A DNA stretch of 32,158 bases, from assembly GCA_034408725.1 (NCBI GenBank), contig JAWXCN010000128.1, positions 1 to 32,158 of the forward strand. Reading direction: 5' to 3'. The translations under genes and the position numbers were made by a program. Of this stretch, positions 27,117 through 32,158 are shown piece by piece (within the stretch, counting starts at the first letter, position 1; every line of letters begins with the position of its first letter). Source of the stretch: Candidatus Hydrogenedentota bacterium. GTDB taxonomy: Bacteria; Hydrogenedentota; Hydrogenedentia; Hydrogenedentales; SLHB01. The notes below the pieces were generated by a model, which worked only from the letters and a program-made list of their open reading frames with translations, was not told the origin of the DNA and ran no database searches.

Positions 27117-27458
27117 ATGATGCTCGATTGGGATGATTATCAAAAGGAACTGCTGACGAAGATCGGGGAAATCGGCAAGCTCAGTCCCGATACACTTCAC
27201 GGGTATCAGGCGCTCAGCAATGCTGGCGCGAAGACGGGAAAGCTGGATGCGAAGACGCGGGAATTGATTGCGTTGGCGGTCGCGGTGACGCGGCAATGCG
27301 ACGGTTGCATCGTCGTGCATACGGACGCCGCGATGAAGCATGGGGCGACGCGCGAGGAGATCGCGGAGGCGTTGGGGGTCGCGATTTCGGTGAATGCGGG
27401 AGCGGCGCTCGTATATTCCGCGCGGGTTATGGATGCGTATTCCGCGAAGAAGGCGTAG
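27117..27458 (+). CDS. Carboxymuconolactone decarboxylase / AhpD-family protein
   Basis: AAGGAG RBS; LDAKTRELIALAVA...CDGCIVVH...GATREEIAEAL. Confidence 0.9.
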   Translation: MMLDWDDYQKELLTKIGEIGKLSPDTLHGYQALSNAGAKTGKLDAKTRELIALAVAVTRQCDGCIVVHTDAAMKHGATREEIAEALGVAISVNAGAALVYSARVMDAYSAKKA

Positions 27459-27499
27459 CGGCATGATCGCGATGGGAAGGATAGGCGGGGGGAATCGTA

Positions 27500-28045
27500 T
27501 TGCTTCGTGTGATCGCGGGTGAAGCGAAGGGCACTCGGCTTGTTTCGCCGAAGGGGGATGTGCGGCCAACATTGGATCGCGTGCGAGAGGCGGTATTTAG
27601 CATGCTTCATTTGCGGCTTCCCGGAGCGCGGTTTCTGGATTTGTATGCAGGTTCTGGGGCCAACGGCATCGAAGCGTTGAGTCGTGGTGCGGCGTGGAGC
27701 GTATTTGTGGATTCTGATTTTGTTGCAATCAACGCGATTGGTCAAAACGTGTTTCGCGCGAAACTTGGGCACAAGAGCCGAAGTTATCAGTTGACACTAC
27801 CGGCCGCTCTTGGGGTTGTTGCTCAAAATGAGAGCGCGTTTGATTTCGTCTATTGCGACCCCCCGTACCAATACGCCGACTACCTATCAGTATTGACACA
27901 ACTTGCTGATAACAGATTGGTTGCAAGTGGGGGGCAAGTTTTCATTGAACATGACTCGAAGGATGAAATGCCCTCTCCTGTAGCAGGATTCAAAGTGGTT
28001 CGCCACGAGCGATATGGCCGAGTTGGAATATCCATTTTCACTTGA
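27500..28045 (+). CDS. rsmD: 16S rRNA (guanine966-N2)-methyltransferase
   Basis: TTG start; RVIAG.AKG, RPTLDRVREAVF, FLDLYAGSG..GIEALSRGA, DPPY, RYG. Confidence 0.92.
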   Translation: MLRVIAGEAKGTRLVSPKGDVRPTLDRVREAVFSMLHLRLPGARFLDLYAGSGANGIEALSRGAAWSVFVDSDFVAINAIGQNVFRAKLGHKSRSYQLTLPAALGVVAQNESAFDFVYCDPPYQYADYLSVLTQLADNRLVASGGQVFIEHDSKDEMPSPVAGFKVVRHERYGRVGISIFT

Positions 28046-28070
28046 CGCTGTATTTGGTATCTGGTAGCAT
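28042..28070 (+). promoter_or_regulatory. Sigma70-type promoter of nrdR
   Basis: TTGACG (28042-47), 17-nt spacer, TAGCAT (28065-70), with an upstream TG extension. Confidence 0.6.
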
Positions 28071-28077
28071 GGGGCCG

Positions 28078-28093
28078 ACACAATATATAGGGT
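28078..28093 (+). promoter_or_regulatory. NrdR box
   Basis: ACACAATATATAGGGT matches the consensus acaCwAtATaTwGtgt at 15/16 positions and overlaps the predicted transcription start. Confidence 0.75.
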
Positions 28094-28156
28094 GTCTTCA
28101 TGTGTATACCGAAAGTGCTCTTGTGGTAGGTATGCACCAACGTGAAGCGAGGTCAC

Positions 28157-28606
28157 ATGCGTTGCCCTTTTTGCGCGTTCCTGGAAAGTAAAGTAGTCGA
28201 TTCGCGCTCCTCGAAAGAGGGCGATTCGATTCGTCGGCGTCGTGAATGCCTGAAGTGCGCACGACGCTACACCACGTATGAGCGCATCGAAGAAGTGGCA
28301 CAGATGGTGATTAAGAAGGACGGGCGCCGTGAGCCGTTTGATCGGTGGAAGATCAAGAGCGGTATCTTGAAAGCGGTCGAGAAGCGCCCTGTGAGCCTGG
28401 AACAGGTCGAGTCGTTAATAGATGACGTCGAGCGCGCTTTGTTCAATTCGAGCGAACATGAAGTGTCCACGGACAACATTGGACTCGCCGTCATGGAACG
28501 GCTAAAGACCATGGACGAGGTGGCGTATGTGCGGTTTGCCAGCGTGTACCGCCAGTTCAAGGACCTCAACGAGTTCATGACGGAGTTGAAGGGTCTGCTG
28601 TCGTAA
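28157..28606 (+). CDS. nrdR: Transcriptional repressor NrdR
   Basis: MRCPFC...VVDSR...IRRRREC..C..RYTTYE zinc ribbon; ATP-cone [26 protein letters not shown]. Confidence 0.97.
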   Translation: MRCPFCAFLESKVVDSRSSKEGDSIRRRRECLKCARRYTTYERIEEVAQMVIKKDGRREPFDRWKIKSGILKAVEKRPVSLEQVESLIDDVERALFNSSEHEVSTDNIGLAVMERLKTMDEVAYVRFASVYRQFKDLNEFMTELKGLLS

Positions 28607-28623
28607 CGGCGGCTGTCCTCGCT

Positions 28624-28653
28624 TTGCAAATCGCCCCGCGGGTCTGGTAAACT
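28624..28653 (+). promoter_or_regulatory. Candidate sigma70 promoter of rpsT
   Basis: TTGCAA, 18-nt spacer, TAAACT, with a TG extension, 42 nt upstream of the ATG. Confidence 0.5.
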
Positions 28654-28695
28654 CTCGCCTTTCCACGCACCATAGATTTTGGGAGAAATTCTGTT

Positions 28696-28965
28696 ATGCC
28701 GAATACGAAGACCGCGAAGGCGCGCGATATCACGAATGAGCGCAACCGCCAGCGCAACATCGCGATCAGGTCGAAGATGAAGACCTTTGTGAAAGACACC
28801 GTGACGGCGCTGGACGCGAAAGACGCCGACTCGGTGAAGAAGAGCCTTGCGAAGGCGCTATCGGAAATCGATCGCGCGGCGGCCAAAGGCGTGCTGCACG
28901 CGAATTCCGCGGGACGCAAGAAGTCGACGCTCCAGCGAAGGGCTGCTGCGCTGGCGAAGGCGTAG
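28696..28965 (+). CDS. rpsT: 30S ribosomal protein S20
   Basis: MPNTKTA...RN...RSKMKTFVK...IDRAAAKGVLHANSAGRKKS; GGGAG RBS. Confidence 0.96.
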   Translation: MPNTKTAKARDITNERNRQRNIAIRSKMKTFVKDTVTALDAKDADSVKKSLAKALSEIDRAAAKGVLHANSAGRKKSTLQRRAAALAKA

Positions 28966-28988
28966 TTTCGCAGAGGAAAAGTTTTGGG

Positions 28989-29024
28989 CCACTCTGCTCC
29001 GATTGGGGCGGGGTGGTTTTTTTT
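28989..29024 (+). terminator. Rho-independent terminator after rpsT
   Basis: Stem CCACTCTGCTCC, loop GATT, stem GGGGCGGGGTGG (with G-U pairs), followed by T8. Confidence 0.85.
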
Positions 29025-29081
29025 GTTTTTTTGTGGACTGACACGGACGGATAAAAAGCAAAATGTTCAAAAAAAGAGGGG

Positions 29082-29936
29082 TTACATTGAAGTCGCACCC
29101 AGCATGGCGTCGATTCGGTCAGTGGCTTCCTGGAGTTCGGTGGTGATTGCGGTGGTGTGGCTGGGGTCGATCTTGAGTAGTTTGGCCGATTGCGCAGGGT
29201 AAGTGTGAGGGCCGATGTTGGTTGCTTCGCCGAGGTTTGCTTCGTAGGCGAGGTGGTTGGCGAGCGCCGTGACGTGGGCGAGTTCGGGGGACAGCATGGC
29301 CTGGTCGGGGTTGTGGTGCCGGCGGATGGCTTCGGTCAGCAGGGGGGGAAGGTTCCAATGTTCCGCGAGCGCGCCGCCAACTTCGGCATGGTCCATGCCG
29401 AAGACTTCAGGTTCCACTTCATGGAGAGGGCGGGGACCGGCCACTGCGCGCTTAACGGCTTCCTGAAAGTTGTCGGGGTATACGCTGTCGAGCGCGACTT
29501 TGCCAATGTCGTGCAGCAGGCCCGCGCTGAAGTAGCTTCCGTCGTCGGAAAGAGAGAGGCGTTTGGCGATGCGCTCGGCCGCCATTGCGCTGGCGAGGCT
29601 GTGGCGCCAGAGTTGGTTGCGGTCGTAGGGTGACTTGCTGTTTGGAAAAACGCGAAAAGCGGATGCGGCGAGGACGAGATTCTGCACTTCGCGGAATCCG
29701 AGGATGACGACGGCGTCTTTGACCGTGGTGACGCGGCGGTAGAAGCCGTAGAACGCGGAATTGACCTGGCGCAGGAGAGTCGCGGAAAGGCTTTGATCCG
29801 CGGCGATGTGGCGTCCCAATTCGAGGGCGGAGGTATCTGGATCGGCCAATGCTTCCATGATTTGTCCGAGGACGGTCGGAAGCGTTGGCAACCGGCTGAT
29901 GCGCGAAACGGCGTCGCGTACGTCTGGTGCATCCAC
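29082..29936 (-). CDS. HDOD-domain protein
   Basis: LPTLP, DQSLSATLLRQVNSAFYG, AVVILGF, LWRHS, AGLLHDIGK, DHAEVG..LAEHWNLP, HH. Confidence 0.92.
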   Translation of the reverse strand: MDAPDVRDAVSRISRLPTLPTVLGQIMEALADPDTSALELGRHIAADQSLSATLLRQVNSAFYGFYRRVTTVKDAVVILGFREVQNLVLAASAFRVFPNSKSPYDRNQLWRHSLASAMAAERIAKRLSLSDDGSYFSAGLLHDIGKVALDSVYPDNFQEAVKRAVAGPRPLHEVEPEVFGMDHAEVGGALAEHWNLPPLLTEAIRRHHNPDQAMLSPELAHVTALANHLAYEANLGEATNIGPHTYPAQSAKLLKIDPSHTTAITTELQEATDRIDAMLGATSM

Positions 29937-30042
29937 GTTTTGAAAACCCCCTGATCGATGTCAGCACGATAGCGCACGGTGGTATTGATCGCAACCTGGG
30001 GATAAACACGGATGTGAAGGAAACGCGGGATAGGGCAACTTA

Positions 30043-31002
30043 TTACGCGCGTTTATTGCGGACGGCTGGCCATCCACGAAGAGGCGCGGCTTGAACATTT
30101 TCCGGTGGTTTTGACGAGAGGTTTTTGGGTGTGTAACCGCCGGTGCGGCGCGCGAGACTGATCGCGTCAAACGGCGCGCGCACTTTCACGTCGTTATCGA
30201 AATAGACGTAGACATCTCTGTGGCGGTGTTTTGGAGGCGGCGCTTCGGAGGCATGGATGGCATTGTCAATTTCGTTACCTTCTTGCCATGCCGCGACGCG
30301 TTTCGTCCATTCGTTAAGGGCGCGAGGTGTGTAGCCGCTGACGTAGAGTTCTTCATCGCCGTGGAGGCGGGCATAGACAAAGTCCGAGGTAAGGTCTTCG
30401 AGGAAGGGCCATTTACCGGCGGTGTCCGCGACTACGAGCGCAATGTTGTGCTTACGCAACAGCGCGATGAATTCAGGAGAGCGAAATGACTCATGCCGGA
30501 TTTCGATCGCGTGTCGCAGCGCGCGGTGGGATTTGACAGTAAGGTATGAACGCCGGTTGAGCCGTTCATCGTGACGGCGCGCGAGGCGCGAGGCATCGTC
30601 TGTATCTTGTGGGAGCAGGTTCATGAAAGTTTCCATTCGTTCCGCGTCGAATGAGAAGTTCGGTGGAAACTGCCAGAGAATCGGGCCGAGCTTGTGTTCG
30701 AGTGCAAGGATACCCTGCGCGAAGAAATTTGCGAGAGGCTGCTTGACGCTTCTCAATCGTTTCAAGTGCGTGATGTACCGGGAACCTTTTACAGAAAAAA
30801 TGAAGTCGTCCGGCGTTTCATCGGACCATCGTTTCCAGCTTGAGACGTGTTGGAGCGAATAGAAGGAGCCGTTGATCTCGATGGAATTCACCTGGCGGGA
30901 CGCGAATTCGAGTTCCCGCTTTTGGACGAGGCCTATGGGATAAAACGTTCCGCGCCAGGGCGCGTAACGCCATCCTGAAATACCGATGCGCAACTCCGCC
31001 AT
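30043..31002 (-). CDS. DUF72 (YecE-like) family protein
   Basis: Start ATG 31002 after a GAGG RBS; RIGISGW.Y..W, SIEINGSFY, FSVKGSRYITH, LWQFPP, EIRH, YARLHG, YVYFDND. Confidence 0.92.
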   Translation of the reverse strand: MAELRIGISGWRYAPWRGTFYPIGLVQKRELEFASRQVNSIEINGSFYSLQHVSSWKRWSDETPDDFIFSVKGSRYITHLKRLRSVKQPLANFFAQGILALEHKLGPILWQFPPNFSFDAERMETFMNLLPQDTDDASRLARRHDERLNRRSYLTVKSHRALRHAIEIRHESFRSPEFIALLRKHNIALVVADTAGKWPFLEDLTSDFVYARLHGDEELYVSGYTPRALNEWTKRVAAWQEGNEIDNAIHASEAPPPKHRHRDVYVYFDNDVKVRAPFDAISLARRTGGYTPKNLSSKPPENVQAAPLRGWPAVRNKRA

Positions 31003-31085
31003 ACGATTTCCTCGCGGCATGCAGAAGTTAAATGACTATGATACGGTATGCTCGATTTCAACATCGCAGACGGAAGGAGAATTCC

Positions 31086-31553
31086 ATGAGCTTACCCGCG
31101 GAGGGCAACAGTGCGCCCGCGATTTCGTTAAAATCCGCGGACGGCGAGAAGGTTTCGCTGTCTAAATTCAAGGGCAAACCGGTGGTGCTGTACTTTTATC
31201 CCAAGGACGACACGCCGGGTTGCACGGTGGAAGCGAAGGAGTTCCAGGCGAATTTGAAGGCGTTCGAGAAAGTTGGGGCCAAAGTCATCGGCATCAGCCC
31301 GGACAACGAGGCGTCGCACTGCAAGTTTGCGGACAAGTTCAATTTAAAGTTTACGTTGCTGTGCGACGAAGGGCATGTGGTCGCCGAAAAATACGGGTTG
31401 TGGGTCGAGAAGAGCATGTACGGAAAGAAATACATGGGGGTGCAGCGCGCGACGTTTTTGATTGATGGCAAAGGAAAGATCGCGAAGGTGTGGCCCAAGG
31501 TGAAGCCGGAAGGACATGCCGAAGAAGTGTTGGCGGCGGTAAAGGCGCTGTAA
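31086..31553 (+). CDS. bcp: Thioredoxin-dependent peroxiredoxin (BCP/PrxQ)
   Basis: AAGGAG RBS, ATG 31086; VVLYFYPKDDTPGCT.EA, GISPD, RATFLID. Confidence 0.93.
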   Translation: MSLPAEGNSAPAISLKSADGEKVSLSKFKGKPVVLYFYPKDDTPGCTVEAKEFQANLKAFEKVGAKVIGISPDNEASHCKFADKFNLKFTLLCDEGHVVAEKYGLWVEKSMYGKKYMGVQRATFLIDGKGKIAKVWPKVKPEGHAEEVLAAVKAL

Positions 31554-31572
31554 CCAACGTGGGAACCAATTG

Positions 31573-32158
31573 ATGCGAATCATCCTGACTATGGTAGGAA
31601 TTTCATTGGGACTCGTGATCGCCGTTGTTGCCGGCGTGTATGGGTGGCAGCGGTATGAGGAATCTCGTCCTCCGAAAGCGCTAATTCCGATGGCCGCGGC
31701 GCCTCCACCTGCGCCCGAGGGTAAGTCGGCAACTCCTGCTGTAGGTGGCTTGTCCACTCCATCGCCGGTAAGCCTGCCGGTAACGGCGACCCCCCCGCCG
31801 ACGGTCGCACCGGCGCCGAAGACAGCAAGTCCAGCTACAGCTTCTTTGCCTGTGATCGCGCCCGCTCCGATGGCAATCCCCGCGCCGGGCCAAACGCCGT
31901 CATTGGCGGGCGCGCAGGGCGCGACCGGAGCGGAGGATCAACCGATTGCGGAGGTGTTGCCAACGGCCATAGCGACGCCGGAAAAGCTTCAGTCTTTGCA
32001 AATTGGCATGACGGAAGGCGACGTCCGGCAAACGATGGGAACGGACGGAATCGAGACACCGGAAGAGCAGTTGCCGGAATTCACGCCCGCGGAGTGGTAT
32101 GAATTGCGCTGGGCGAACGCGGACGGGTCGTATATCGCGGCAATGTTCAACGAAGAAC
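31573..32158 (+). CDS. Membrane-anchored Pro/Ala-rich protein with a C-terminal BLIP/SmpA/DUF3862-like domain, truncated by the window edge
   Basis: Absent from the ORF track. Open frame from ATG 31573 to the end: MRIILTMVGISLGLVIAVVAGVYGW (TM), a ~90-aa Pro/Ala/Thr linker, then LQIGMTEGDVRQTMG...LRWANADGSYIAAMF. Confidence 0.75.
   Translation, partial: MRIILTMVGISLGLVIAVVAGVYGWQRYEESRPPKALIPMAAAPPPAPEGKSATPAVGGLSTPSPVSLPVTATPPPTVAPAPKTASPATASLPVIAPAPMAIPAPGQTPSLAGAQGATGAEDQPIAEVLPTAIATPEKLQSLQIGMTEGDVRQTMGTDGIETPEEQLPEFTPAEWYELRWANADGSYIAAMFNEE

Overview
Bacterial chromosomal window, GC-rich and densely coding, with about 29 genes and no rRNA, tRNA or CRISPR array. Housekeeping genes: acs, rsmD, nrdR, rpsT, bcp, a ROK kinase, tenA and a PfpI-family protein. 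Also present are a cusA/cusB-type Cu/Ag RND efflux pair, several secreted proteins (an FG-GAP/PQQ propeller fused to a GH123-like domain, an aldos-2-ulose-dehydratase-like propeller, a signal-peptide-bearing DUF62 SAM hydrolase, an alpha/beta hydrolase), decaying toxin-antitoxin-like fragments and many short intergenic repeats, including a MITE-like element. Two genes missing from the ORF track run off the window edges (<1..2223 minus, 31573..>32158 plus). The top lead is at the left edge. A >741-aa Helicase_C_3 protein resembling TFIIH p52/Tfb2 is translationally coupled (ATGA overlap) to a stand-alone 68-aa protein resembling TFIIH p8/Tfb5, suggesting a bacterial p52-p8-like XPB accessory module. 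Other leads: a near-consensus NrdR box at the nrdR promoter, an internally deleted PhyH-type dioxygenase, an NTase cassette with a DxD-to-DxG change and a likely lost stop, a ~245-aa insertion in CusA, and hexamer arrays read in frame at a hydrolase N-terminus. All family assignments come from motif recognition by eye, not from database searches.
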